From positions 424,052-488,051 of the IMG/VR virus record IMGVR_UViG_3300020429_000539: DNA of 64,000 bases; one strand, given 5' to 3'. A program made the translations under genes and the position numbers. The stretch's first letter is position 1, and every line of letters starts with the position of its first letter. This document shows, piece by piece, positions 10,966-20,695 of the stretch. The stretch is from a virus. Its lineage: Duplodnaviria; Heunggongvirae; Uroviricota; Caudoviricetes. The notes under the pieces were generated by a model that was not told where the DNA came from, did not search any database, and saw only the letters and a program-made list of their open reading frames with translations.

Positions 10966-11931
10966 ATGGATATTTGTAAACTGCTTGTGGGAGGCAACTA
11001 CTTCTTGGCTGATCAGGTCAAGTTTTTCGATAACCCTATATTCCATCAGGCATCGGATAGGCTTGATGTTGAGGTAATCGACTGGACTGATGTTATCAAG
11101 AAGAAACCTCACAAGGTTGATGCTCCATGCGCTATGGTATTTGGGCTTAAAACATGGACCAGATTGGCGCGCAAAAAACACGGTATGGGGTGGTCTGAAA
11201 TTATTCCTCGTATTCATCGCTATCTCAAGCACGCTGTAGGCGACAAACCGATTGGTGTGTTCGATGATCTTTCGACCAAAGAGGTCAGGCACCACGGCGA
11301 GAGAATGCAGCGAATGTTCTTTGATAACTTCGACTGTCGCTTCTATCTCCTCAGAGAAGGCATGAAGAAGCAGCAATACGATAAGAGGGTAAAACCGTTC
11401 ACAATGCCGTGTAAGGACTTTACTTATTTGGCAAAGCCAATCAAAGATAAGCAGTTAGACATTTTCTTTCGTGGCAATGAGTCTGACCCTGAACGGGTCA
11501 AATTCTTCAAGCAATATCAGAAAACCAAACATGACATGAGAGCCGATGTTATCGTTTACCGTGGCGGCGACCGTGCCAAGGAGCGATTATCTCATGAACA
11601 GTTTATGGCGAAGATGGCCGACTCTGTATTCAATTTTCATTTCAAAGGGACTGGCTATTGTTGCTATCGCTATCAAGAGATTGCATCTTCAGGCTCGATA
11701 ATCGTTAGCCCCAGCTATCCTCATCTTGTTTCTCATGATTATGTTGACATGGAAAGCTGCATCATATACAGGTCATTTGACGATATGATGAGTAAGATGC
11801 GTCAGTTGCTCAAGCGGCCAGAACGGTTGCAAGAAATGCAAGACCGCTCTATTGAAAACTTTAGAAAGTATCACACGACCGAAAAGAGATTTGAAGAGCT
11901 TCTTGAGTCGATTGAACTTCTTGGGAGATAA
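10966..11931 (+). CDS. GT-B glycosyltransferase (CgeB/exostosin-like)
   Basis: DIFFRG...KGTGYCCYRYQEIASSGSIIV. Confidence 0.6.
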   Translation: MDICKLLVGGNYFLADQVKFFDNPIFHQASDRLDVEVIDWTDVIKKKPHKVDAPCAMVFGLKTWTRLARKKHGMGWSEIIPRIHRYLKHAVGDKPIGVFDDLSTKEVRHHGERMQRMFFDNFDCRFYLLREGMKKQQYDKRVKPFTMPCKDFTYLAKPIKDKQLDIFFRGNESDPERVKFFKQYQKTKHDMRADVIVYRGGDRAKERLSHEQFMAKMADSVFNFHFKGTGYCCYRYQEIASSGSIIVSPSYPHLVSHDYVDMESCIIYRSFDDMMSKMRQLLKRPERLQEMQDRSIENFRKYHTTEKRFEELLESIELLGR

Positions 11932-11933
11932 GC

Positions 11934-12635
11934 ATGGCAGAACTAGGTGTAAAACTCAACTATGGTAACAAGGATTTCAAGCTGTATGTATATCCAGAAA
12001 TGCGAACCAATAAGAAAACGGGAAAGAAAGAGCCCGTAGATAGTATTAGTCGTCGTATCTGGGAGAACAAGCAGTTCTACGAGATCGATAAGATAGAAGA
12101 CTATCTCAAGTTCATGAACAATGACGCTGTTGTATTTGATTGTGGAGCTAACATCGGAAATCACTCAGTTTTCTGGGGAGCGCACTGCAAAGAAGTCCAT
12201 GCGTTCGAGGCTTTCCCATCAAACTATAAACTCCTCAAGAGAAACATGAAAGAGAATAATATTGCAGGACAAGCCTATCGTGTCCTTCTTGGCAATTCAC
12301 CAGGTAAATATAAGGTTGTTACCACGGAAGTTAGTCGTGGCGCAACTTGCTTTGAGCCCGACCCGAACGGCGAGTATACCTCGATGCGTCTTGATGATGT
12401 TGTCGATGAAAGCGTCAGGCCTACTTTCGTGAAGATAGATGTAGAAGGCGATGAACTTGAACTTCTCAAGGGCGCAAGTCGCATCCTTGAAGAGAGCCAT
12501 CCCGTTTTGTGGATTGAGATTCATTACTTCTATCACGATGACATGGATGATCAGGTTCTTGCAGAGTTGTCAAAGTATGGGTATAAAGAAGGCGTTGATG
12601 TCTTTCTAACTCGTAGGACGAAAAAGAAGAAGTGA
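11934..12635 (+). CDS. FkbM family methyltransferase (paralog of 7808)
   Basis: DCGANIGNHSVFWGAHCKEVHAFE identical to 7808; KIDVEGDE. Confidence 0.9.
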   Translation: MAELGVKLNYGNKDFKLYVYPEMRTNKKTGKKEPVDSISRRIWENKQFYEIDKIEDYLKFMNNDAVVFDCGANIGNHSVFWGAHCKEVHAFEAFPSNYKLLKRNMKENNIAGQAYRVLLGNSPGKYKVVTTEVSRGATCFEPDPNGEYTSMRLDDVVDESVRPTFVKIDVEGDELELLKGASRILEESHPVLWIEIHYFYHDDMDDQVLAELSKYGYKEGVDVFLTRRTKKKK

Positions 12636-13108
12636 AGTATGTAGGCATCAAAAACTCAGCACAGAAGTCCGAGCTTCTGAGGAAGGCCAAGAAAATTGGC
12701 AAGATAACGACAGTTCAGTTACCTGCTATCGCAGGAGGCGACTGTAGCCGTCACCGAGAACTGCTTGCGATGTTCGATGCAGGCGAAACAGATTTTCGTG
12801 AAGCTGAATACTACAAGTATCAGAAAAGCAACGGCAAGAAACACGCTCAGATTATTGAGAAGATAGAGCGGTTTCGTAAGACCTATGAGTCAATCAGAAA
12901 GAAGGGTTACGACTACCGCCAGGGTCATATTGTTGTGACATCAAATGGCGCAAGGCTAGATGGCTCGCATCGTTCGTCGATTGTCGAGCATCTTGGCTTT
13001 AAAGAACTTGATGTTTTAATGGTTGACTGGGAGTCAGTCTTTCCGAAATCAAAACTCAGGGATGTATACGCTCATATCGAAGAACAGCAAAAGAGGTATA
13101 ACTTATGA
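12632..13108 (+). CDS. ParB/Srx-like domain protein
   Basis: YESIRKKGY...RLDGSHRSSIVEHLG. Confidence 0.55.
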   Translation: MKYVGIKNSAQKSELLRKAKKIGKITTVQLPAIAGGDCSRHRELLAMFDAGETDFREAEYYKYQKSNGKKHAQIIEKIERFRKTYESIRKKGYDYRQGHIVVTSNGARLDGSHRSSIVEHLGFKELDVLMVDWESVFPKSKLRDVYAHIEEQQKRYNL

Positions 13109-14022
13109 AATGTTTGATGCTTACGGACAAGAGACACTGGGCTTATGAGAGCATCGGAAAGAATCTTGTTAAGTACAATACAGATAATTCGGTTGAGTTG
13201 TCTTACACTCATATCAAGGGCAATGTTGAAAACATTAGGAAGATTTATACTAAGTATGACCGTGTTCTCGTGATGGGATGGCAGAACTATAAGCTTGTCG
13301 ATTTCTTGCCCAAGAAACATACCTTGATTGGCATACATGGACATCATGCATGGGATAATCGCAAGACTCAGCCAGATAGGGACGTTACCCCTCCAAAAGA
13401 ACTGGTTGATTTTCTAAATCAGTTTATCAGAGTTAATACTGTCTCTCGCAAGCTTGACCGTATCTTCAGAAAAGCTGGTGTTGAGAAGTTAATCTATACA
13501 GCGAATGGTGTAGATAGTAAGCTTTTTATTCCTCGACCAAGCGGAAACAAAGAGTTTACCGTGGGTTACTCTGGTTCTTCTGCTCACGATTGGCGAAAGG
13601 GTGTGACCGAGTTCATGAAGCCAGCAGCAAAGAAGGCAGGCGTCAAACTCAAGGTTGCTATGCTAGCCACTGAACATCATATCACGCTTGAAGAGATGCC
13701 CGCTTTCTACCAGGCGCTTGACGGGTATCTTTGTGCTTCATCATCTGAGGGTTTTTCGCTGAGTGTTTTAGAAGCGGCTTCATGTGGTCTGCCAATCGTC
13801 TCGACTCGTGTGGGTGGTTGTGAGGATTTGATTGATGATAAAGTAAACGGCTTTTTGGTCGATAGGAATGTGGATGCGATTGCAGATAGGCTGAGGCTAC
13901 TTAAGGACAATGTAGACCGTCGAAAAGAGATAGGCGAAGCCATGAGAAAGACTATCGAGGACAAATACTGCTGGAGCAAGCGAACGCAAGATTGGATTGA
14001 TTTTTGCAAAGGAGAAGCGTAA
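13105..14022 (+). CDS. GT4 glycosyltransferase
   Basis: ANGVD...SSEGFSLSVLEAASCGLPIVSTRVGG. Confidence 0.92.
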   Translation: MKCLMLTDKRHWAYESIGKNLVKYNTDNSVELSYTHIKGNVENIRKIYTKYDRVLVMGWQNYKLVDFLPKKHTLIGIHGHHAWDNRKTQPDRDVTPPKELVDFLNQFIRVNTVSRKLDRIFRKAGVEKLIYTANGVDSKLFIPRPSGNKEFTVGYSGSSAHDWRKGVTEFMKPAAKKAGVKLKVAMLATEHHITLEEMPAFYQALDGYLCASSSEGFSLSVLEAASCGLPIVSTRVGGCEDLIDDKVNGFLVDRNVDAIADRLRLLKDNVDRRKEIGEAMRKTIEDKYCWSKRTQDWIDFCKGEA

Positions 14023-14603
14023 TGGCTTGGACACCAGGACATGAACTAAAATATTGGCGAAAGAATGGCCTTAGCAAAGGTTCGCATATCTACAAAAACT
14101 ATTTTGATAGTTTCAAGCTTGCAGAACATAGTTTTTACGGTAAGAAGGTCGCAGATGTCGGGTGCGGCCCCTTCGGTGGCGTTCTTATCGAGCTTGAAGG
14201 GGCAGACGTTTACCCTATTGATGTTTTGGCAGATGAATATAATGCCATGAAGGTCTCTAAAGTCAAGATACATAAGGGCGATCTATCTGAAAAGCTTCCA
14301 TTTGAGGATGGCTTCTTTGATTATGCAATTTGTACCAATGCGATTGACCACATTCCTGACATGCTGCATGGAATGAAGGAACTCAACCGCATCCTTACAA
14401 CTGGCGGAACACTTTTCTTGCACGTTCATTTGCGCAGCAAGGAAGAACTCAACAAGGCTCATGTTCATACGCTCGACCTCAAGAAGGCCGCGAAGCTTGC
14501 AAATGATGCGGGCTTTGAAGTCTTGCAAAATCAGAAAGACACCGACTGGGTTAATGATGAGCCCGAACGAGACGCCACTTATATGATACTCAGAAAGGCC
14601 TAA
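14022..14603 (+). CDS. Class I SAM-dependent methyltransferase
   Basis: VADVGCGPFGG, LPFEDGFFD, NAIDH; GGAG RBS before ATG 14022. Confidence 0.85.
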   Translation: MAWTPGHELKYWRKNGLSKGSHIYKNYFDSFKLAEHSFYGKKVADVGCGPFGGVLIELEGADVYPIDVLADEYNAMKVSKVKIHKGDLSEKLPFEDGFFDYAICTNAIDHIPDMLHGMKELNRILTTGGTLFLHVHLRSKEELNKAHVHTLDLKKAAKLANDAGFEVLQNQKDTDWVNDEPERDATYMILRKA

Positions 14604-14604
14604 T

Positions 14605-15540
14605 ATGCTTGATAGGTTACTCGTTATATTCTCTAACTACGATGGCTACCGAACGTCTAACGACCTGAAAGAGCCAAGAGTCAAAGTCATGATTGACTCG
14701 TTTATTGAGACATGCGGCGACCCCTCAAGAATTCACGCCTTACTACTTGATAATGGCTCAACCGATGGTTCTGAGAAAATTCTTCAAGACTATCAGTCGA
14801 ATACTTGGATGTATCGAAGGAAGACAACAGAAGACTACTATCTTGGCACGCTCAACAAGCTTCTTCATGAGTATCAGAGTCAGTATGATTATATGATGGT
14901 TATAGACAATGACCAATACTTTTTTCGACCTAACTACCTTGAGCGCACTTTACAGATATTTGAAGAGGAACCTGAAATTATTGCTGTTCATCTCAAGGAA
15001 CACACTAAGAACGAAGAACTAGATTCACACCCCGGTAAGAAGGGTATCGCAGGTATATACGATAAGATACGACCTGTTCTTGGGAGCTATTGGGGTCGCG
15101 CTCCTATCTTCGAGCCAACCGATCCTTTTTTCAAGCCTGCGCCAGATAGAAGAGGCATGGGTGTAGTCGATCTTGCAGGCTTCGCTCCTAAGCGAGTATG
15201 CTGGATGTATTACGGTTACTCAAACGTAGTAATACGAACAAACCCTTTTGTTGAGGTATTCAAGCGTAAAGGTCTTGAGTTGCCGTTCAAGTCCAATCCT
15301 GATCGCTTAGCTTTATTCTCATCGACAGCGACACGATTTGGTCGTTCTGCGCAGTTACTACAGGGAGCCTCAATTAACTTTGGTTTTAGAAAACATATCA
15401 AGCCTAGCGTAAGCGTCAAGAAGATGATCAATGATTATAGGAAGGGCTATGGAAGTCTCAACATGAGCGATAAATACTCTTTCTACTATGACAGCGGGAG
15501 GCTTGGTCCAGTGAGCAGGCAGATAGGAGCATTAGCATGA
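14605..15540 (+). CDS. GT2-like glycosyltransferase
   Basis: LLDNGSTDGS, MVIDND. Confidence 0.7.
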   Translation: MLDRLLVIFSNYDGYRTSNDLKEPRVKVMIDSFIETCGDPSRIHALLLDNGSTDGSEKILQDYQSNTWMYRRKTTEDYYLGTLNKLLHEYQSQYDYMMVIDNDQYFFRPNYLERTLQIFEEEPEIIAVHLKEHTKNEELDSHPGKKGIAGIYDKIRPVLGSYWGRAPIFEPTDPFFKPAPDRRGMGVVDLAGFAPKRVCWMYYGYSNVVIRTNPFVEVFKRKGLELPFKSNPDRLALFSSTATRFGRSAQLLQGASINFGFRKHIKPSVSVKKMINDYRKGYGSLNMSDKYSFYYDSGRLGPVSRQIGALA

Positions 15541-16811
15541 GTATGTTGAAGACGAGGCAGACATGCCGCATCTGTGGCGGGCCTTTAGCCGAGATACTCG
15601 ACCTCGGTAAGCATCATCTTGTTGGTTATGTCGGGGCGGAAGGTCATGAGCCTATTAAGCGTAAGGTTCCTCTTGTTCTTTGTCGCTGCGATACAGTAAA
15701 CAACGAGAACGGCTGTGGTCTTGTTCAACTTCGTCACACAACTCCTGGCAAGCTTATGTATCCTCGATACTTCTATCGTTCTGGTATTAATAGAACAATG
15801 ACAGAGCATCTTCATGGCATTGTTGAAGGTATTCATGAGTTCTTTGAAAGAGAGGAAAGCCCCTTAGAGAAGAATGATATGATTATCGATGTTGGTTGCA
15901 ATGATGGTACGAGTTTGAAATACTGGAAGTCAAAGAGCTACGAAAACTTGTTCGGTTTTGACCCTGCGAAAAATATGCTTGAGTTCTCTGCTGAATCAGG
16001 CGCGAATATCACAACTGATTATTTCAATCTAGAGAACATGGGTAGAGTAAGGGCTTTTGGCGCTAAGGTTATCACGAGTATAGCGATGTTCTATGATCTT
16101 GAAGACCCCAATGAGTTTGTTCGTGATATTGGTCTTGCATTAGATAGTAAGGGTATATGGGTGTTTGAACAATCTTATTTACCTTCTATGCTGAGCCAGA
16201 ATGCATACGATACTATATGTCATGAGCATATTGAATACTATAGTTTAGCAACCATTCAGCATCTTCTTCGTAAAAATGGTATGGAGGTTGTTGACGTTCA
16301 TCTAAATGATATAAATGGTGGTAGTTTTCAAGTTTATGCTGCTAAGAGAAAAGCATTCAAGATTCAACCAGAAGCCGAAAAGCGGATACAGTCTTTGCTA
16401 GAAAGGGAGTTTGAGCTTGCTCTTGATAGCGAAGAACCCTTCGACGCTTTCAAGGAGCGTGTAGAGTCAAACAATAAGCAGTTGGTTGACTTTCTCAAGC
16501 AGGCGAAGGCGGAAGGCAAAACCGTATATGCGTATGGAGCCTCAACGAAGGGGGCTATCACGCTACAAGTCTGTGGCATAACCAATGAACTCATCAAGGG
16601 CTGCGCCGATCGTAATCCGATGAAATGGGGTACAGAGATTATGGGTACGGGGATACCTATTGTCTCTGAGGATGAGGCACGAGCCGATAAGCCTGACTAT
16701 TTCCTTGCTCTTCCATGGCACTTCATGGAGGAGTTCAAAGAGCGAGAGCAGAGTTTTCGTGACCACGGCGGCAAGTGGGTTGTTCCAATGCCAGAGTTCA
16801 AGGTGTTCTAA
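15537..16811 (+). CDS. NDP-hexose 3-C-methyltransferase family protein
   Basis: N-terminal CRICG zinc site, DVGCNDG, DTICHEH, YGASTKG, LALPWHF. Confidence 0.9.
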   Translation: MSMLKTRQTCRICGGPLAEILDLGKHHLVGYVGAEGHEPIKRKVPLVLCRCDTVNNENGCGLVQLRHTTPGKLMYPRYFYRSGINRTMTEHLHGIVEGIHEFFEREESPLEKNDMIIDVGCNDGTSLKYWKSKSYENLFGFDPAKNMLEFSAESGANITTDYFNLENMGRVRAFGAKVITSIAMFYDLEDPNEFVRDIGLALDSKGIWVFEQSYLPSMLSQNAYDTICHEHIEYYSLATIQHLLRKNGMEVVDVHLNDINGGSFQVYAAKRKAFKIQPEAEKRIQSLLEREFELALDSEEPFDAFKERVESNNKQLVDFLKQAKAEGKTVYAYGASTKGAITLQVCGITNELIKGCADRNPMKWGTEIMGTGIPIVSEDEARADKPDYFLALPWHFMEEFKEREQSFRDHGGKWVVPMPEFKVF

Positions 16812-17206
16812 TGGCGATTGAAGACGATATCAAGCGAGTTCTTTCTGTAGGCGACCTAATAGATAGGTACTTGATTGTTCAAATCAAAATACGCAAACTT
16901 GATGCGTCTGTTCGAGAGGCTCTAAAAGAGGAAGCCAGGGCTCTGTCCGCTGTCATTATGTATTGCACACAACATCTTTCGGAGGAGGAGCAGCTTCGTC
17001 TTGGTTCCTATCAAGATATGCTGTTTGGCATTCTCTCTAGGCAGTGGGAGACCCTTGATAAGGTGCGAGATAGCAATTCAGATGCGGAAAGAGGAAGAAA
17101 GGCGGTTGAAGCGCAAGACATAAATATCGAGCGAGTGGATGCCAAGAACAAAATTAACAAACTGTGCGGGTCTTTCCCTGAATTTAAGAGGTACGGAAAC
17201 TCATGA
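16811..17206 (+). CDS. Small helical protein (DUF6165/DUF4254-like)
   Basis: SVGDLIDRYLIVQIK...NIERVDAKNKIN...GS...KRY pattern. Confidence 0.45.
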   Translation: MAIEDDIKRVLSVGDLIDRYLIVQIKIRKLDASVREALKEEARALSAVIMYCTQHLSEEEQLRLGSYQDMLFGILSRQWETLDKVRDSNSDAERGRKAVEAQDINIERVDAKNKINKLCGSFPEFKRYGNS

Positions 17207-17952
17207 TACAAAGATACTCAGCTAACAACGTGAGAGAAGCTATAGTTAGGCTAACCAATAAGCCTGGTAAGAAATGGGCGTATGACCGACCCGAAGATGA
17301 AGGCAAGCCAGCTTTTGAGCGGTGTATCGAGAATCCATGGACTTTAGACAAGATTTCATCTATTGATAAAGACCTTTCAGGGGCCAAAATGTTTGATTTT
17401 GGTTGCAACAAAGCCAAGTATGTACAAGCAGCTAAAAAAATGCATAAGTTGAAGACATATGGCATTGATGCAAAACCCGAAGGCAAACGATACGTAGACT
17501 ACTTTTTTGAGGGCCAATATGACGATGCCTTGGAACGCAAGATTATCAGAGAAGGCCCATACGCTATAGCGACTTCTATCTCGTCTGTGGAGCATGCGGG
17601 CCATGACCTCCATCCCAATGAAGGCGCTATACGCAGATATCAATATCGCATATGTAAGATGATGATAGAGAACTCGGAGTATTTCTTTCTTACGGTTCCA
17701 TTCGGTCAGCGACCAGGTTGGGCTAAGGATGAGAGTCGCAAGAACCTCTATCAGTTCAACCCTGAGATGCTTGACTATATCAAGGCGGTGGCTGAAGCTG
17801 AAGGCAAGAACTATCTAGAAGAGGTCTACAAGCTTGAGGGCGACAAATGGGTCATCTCGGATAGAGATGCTGCCGCTGATTGTCGATACAGGGGAAATAA
17901 GCTTGGCGCGACAGCTATAGCATTGGTTTCTGTATGGAGCGAAGATGAGTAA
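17203..17952 (+). CDS. Class I SAM-dependent methyltransferase (DUF268-like)
   Basis: FDFGC, SISSVEHAG, FLTVPFG. Confidence 0.6.
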   Translation: MIQRYSANNVREAIVRLTNKPGKKWAYDRPEDEGKPAFERCIENPWTLDKISSIDKDLSGAKMFDFGCNKAKYVQAAKKMHKLKTYGIDAKPEGKRYVDYFFEGQYDDALERKIIREGPYAIATSISSVEHAGHDLHPNEGAIRRYQYRICKMMIENSEYFFLTVPFGQRPGWAKDESRKNLYQFNPEMLDYIKAVAEAEGKNYLEEVYKLEGDKWVISDRDAAADCRYRGNKLGATAIALVSVWSEDE

Positions 17953-18967
17953 GACAGCATTGATAACAGGGCTCACGGGACAAGATGGCTCCTACATGGC
18001 CGAGTTGCTTCTTAAGGATGGATATGATGTGCATGGTCTTGTGCGTCGAAGTTCTATAGACAAATTTGACCGTCTTGAAGAGGGCGACATTTTGGATAAG
18101 ATTACTATTCATGAGGGCGACATGGGAGACCCTGTTAGCCTAAGCAATCTTATCTCCGAAATACGACCACATGAGCTATACAACTTCGCAGCGATGTCGG
18201 ATGTTCCATTCTCATTTGTGTCTCCATTCTATACAGAGATAGTTAACTCTTTGAGCGTTATGGTTATGCTTGAGGCTATCAAGCAGTCATGCTCAGAATG
18301 CAAGTTTTATCAGGCGTCATCTTCCGAGATGTATGGCAACCCTCAAGAAATCCCCCAGATAGAGTCTACTCCGCTCAAGCCTATTTCGCCGTATGCAATC
18401 TCGAAGACAAGCGCTTACCACTATGTCCGTTACTATCGAGAGGCATTTGGCCTCTTTGCGGTCAATGGCATTCTGTTCAATCATGAGAGCCCTCGTCGAG
18501 GCGACAAGTTCGTAACCAAGAAGATAGTTAAGCATGCGGTCGAAGTTCTGGCTGGCAAGCGAGATTGTATCTATCTTGGCAACTTGGATGCCAAAAGAGA
18601 CTGGGGATACGCTGTTGATTATATGGAGGCAATTCGTCTCATGATGGCTTACGAGAGGCCAGATGATTGGGTTATCTCTACAGGAGAATCCCATTCGGTT
18701 CGGTCTTTCTGTGAGCTTGTGTTCAAGAATCTCGGTTGTGACCTTCAGTGGAATGGTAGAGGACTGAGCGAGACAGGTTCCATCGATGGGAGGACCGTAA
18801 TACGAATATCGGACGATTTCTATAGGCCATCTGATATCCGTATGCTAAAAGGCAATGCATCAAAAGCCAAGCACATTCTTGGCTGGTCTCCTAAGACATC
18901 GATCGAAGGTTTGGTTGAAAAAATGGTTTCCTATGAAATAAGTCAAACTAAGGTAAGCAATGATTAA
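17945..18967 (+). CDS. gmd: GDP-mannose 4,6-dehydratase
   Basis: ITGLTGQDGSY, YQASSSEMYG, SPYAISK, NHESPRRG, GNLDAKRDWG. Confidence 0.95.
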   Translation: MSKTALITGLTGQDGSYMAELLLKDGYDVHGLVRRSSIDKFDRLEEGDILDKITIHEGDMGDPVSLSNLISEIRPHELYNFAAMSDVPFSFVSPFYTEIVNSLSVMVMLEAIKQSCSECKFYQASSSEMYGNPQEIPQIESTPLKPISPYAISKTSAYHYVRYYREAFGLFAVNGILFNHESPRRGDKFVTKKIVKHAVEVLAGKRDCIYLGNLDAKRDWGYAVDYMEAIRLMMAYERPDDWVISTGESHSVRSFCELVFKNLGCDLQWNGRGLSETGSIDGRTVIRISDDFYRPSDIRMLKGNASKAKHILGWSPKTSIEGLVEKMVSYEISQTKVSND

Positions 18968-19955
18968 AGTAGGTATTAACGGCTTCGGACGAATAGGCAG
19001 GGTGTGCATGCGCATTTTGCTTGCTAGCGATGATTTTGAAGTTGTTGCCATCAATGATCCTGTAAGCACAGATAACTTGTGCTATCTTCTTAATTTTGAT
19101 TCCCATTATGGTAGAATACCAGAATTTGACGCGCAGGGAAATTTCTTGATACGAGACAATATCAAGATACCAGTTCATCATGAGCTAGACATTGCCAAGG
19201 TAGACTGGAACGGTGCAACCGTTGTAATAGACGCTTCTGGTGTAACTGAGAATGTTTATAACGCACGCAATCTTCCCGAGCAGATTACGAGTATTGTAAC
19301 TCATTCTCCCAAAGACGGAGTAGATAGTTATATCGTGATGGGCGTAAACGATGCTGAATACAAAGATTCGCACAAGGTTATTTCAAGTAGCATTTGCGAT
19401 GTAAACGGTGCGGCACAAGTTATAAAGCCTCTTGACGAAAAGTATGGCATCGAGAATGGTTTTGTCACGACGCTGCATCCTTGGCTGTCATATCAGAATC
19501 TTATTGATGGACCTGTAGAAAACCAAAGCAATCCCGGCCATTCATGGCCTGATTACTCCTTGGGCAGGTCGTCAGTCGGCACGATGATACCAAAGAACAC
19601 GAGCTTGATTCCTGCTCTAGACAACGTGATACCTGAAATTAGCAAGAGAGTTGATGCTATTTCTTTTCGGACTCCTACTTCAATTGTGTCAAGCGCAGAC
19701 ATGACCCTTAGTCTTAGGTCAGATTTCGATCTAGAAGAAGTTATAGATTTTCTACGAGGTTTGCGTTCAGAATACATCAAGGTCAACGAGCGACATCTTG
19801 TTGGTATGGACTATTTAGCCATGGATGAAGCTGTGGCTATTGATTTGCAGTGGGTTAGAAAGATTGGTCCGATGCTGCACCTTGTTATTTGGTATGACAA
19901 TGAATGGTCGTATTGTTCGAATACTGTCAAGCTTGCAAGAAAGGTTGGTTCATGA
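18960..19955 (+). CDS. Divergent GAPDH-family aldehyde dehydrogenase
   Basis: GINGFGRIGR, WYDNEW; catalytic segment SSSICDVN instead of SNASCTTN. Confidence 0.85.
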   Translation: MIKVGINGFGRIGRVCMRILLASDDFEVVAINDPVSTDNLCYLLNFDSHYGRIPEFDAQGNFLIRDNIKIPVHHELDIAKVDWNGATVVIDASGVTENVYNARNLPEQITSIVTHSPKDGVDSYIVMGVNDAEYKDSHKVISSSICDVNGAAQVIKPLDEKYGIENGFVTTLHPWLSYQNLIDGPVENQSNPGHSWPDYSLGRSSVGTMIPKNTSLIPALDNVIPEISKRVDAISFRTPTSIVSSADMTLSLRSDFDLEEVIDFLRGLRSEYIKVNERHLVGMDYLAMDEAVAIDLQWVRKIGPMLHLVIWYDNEWSYCSNTVKLARKVGS

Positions 19956-20695
19956 GTATAGCATCTTTGTTAATAGGCAAGAAAAACAGTACAGGGGTTC
20001 CAGGCAAGAACGTAAGACTCATTAACGGAGTTCGTTCAGCCGAGTATGCTTATCGTGCTTCGGAATATAGCAAGCTAATACAGCACCGCTTTGTGTCTAC
20101 CGATTGCGGCAGAATTCAGTCTATGGGCAGGCAGCATGGCTGGTCGATCATTGACCGACCAAGCGAGCTTGCGCAGCCAGAGACGCTTACCGAGGATGTC
20201 TTAAGCCATGCTCTTGAGTTCATGGATAGCGAGCTTCCTGAGCCGCCAGAAATCATTGTGCTGCATTTCTGCAACACACCCGCTATCGACCCCGTATTGA
20301 TTGACGAAGGCATACAGACGCTTCTCGATGAGCCTGAATGGAGTTCAGTGTTCTCGCTTTGTAAATTTGATATGTTTAGCCCTGTTCGCGCTCAAAAGGT
20401 TATAGATGGCGAGGTCATGCCATTTGTAGACCCCAAGCACCTTCCAGAGGCAAACTCTTTGCGGAACAGTCAGGGTGCTTGTTACTTCTTGGATTTCTCT
20501 GTCCAAGTTCTTCGTCGCGAGTGTTTCGAAAGTATGGATCGAACCGATACTATCTTTAAGTGGATGGGCAAAAAGCCCAAAGCCCTCATTCGAGACGCGA
20601 GAGTCTTCGATATCGATGAAGAGTGGCAGCTAGGAGTGGTAGAGGAGTGGGTCAAGAAACATGCTCAAAGTAGTAATACCGGATCACATCGTTGA
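19952..20695 (+). CDS. Acylneuraminate/ulosonate cytidylyltransferase (NeuA/KdsB-like)
   Basis: KKNSTGVPGKN, FVSTD, DRPSELA, FDIDEEWQ. Confidence 0.85.
   Translation: MSIASLLIGKKNSTGVPGKNVRLINGVRSAEYAYRASEYSKLIQHRFVSTDCGRIQSMGRQHGWSIIDRPSELAQPETLTEDVLSHALEFMDSELPEPPEIIVLHFCNTPAIDPVLIDEGIQTLLDEPEWSSVFSLCKFDMFSPVRAQKVIDGEVMPFVDPKHLPEANSLRNSQGACYFLDFSVQVLRRECFESMDRTDTIFKWMGKKPKALIRDARVFDIDEEWQLGVVEEWVKKHAQSSNTGSHR

Noticed and set aside
10409-13108. ParABS partition system
   Set aside because: No ParA, HTH domain or parS-like repeats are visible.
18960-19955. Glycolytic gapA as an auxiliary metabolic gene
   Set aside because: Active-site motif is altered and the gene is embedded in a sugar-nucleotide cluster, so no symbol was assigned.
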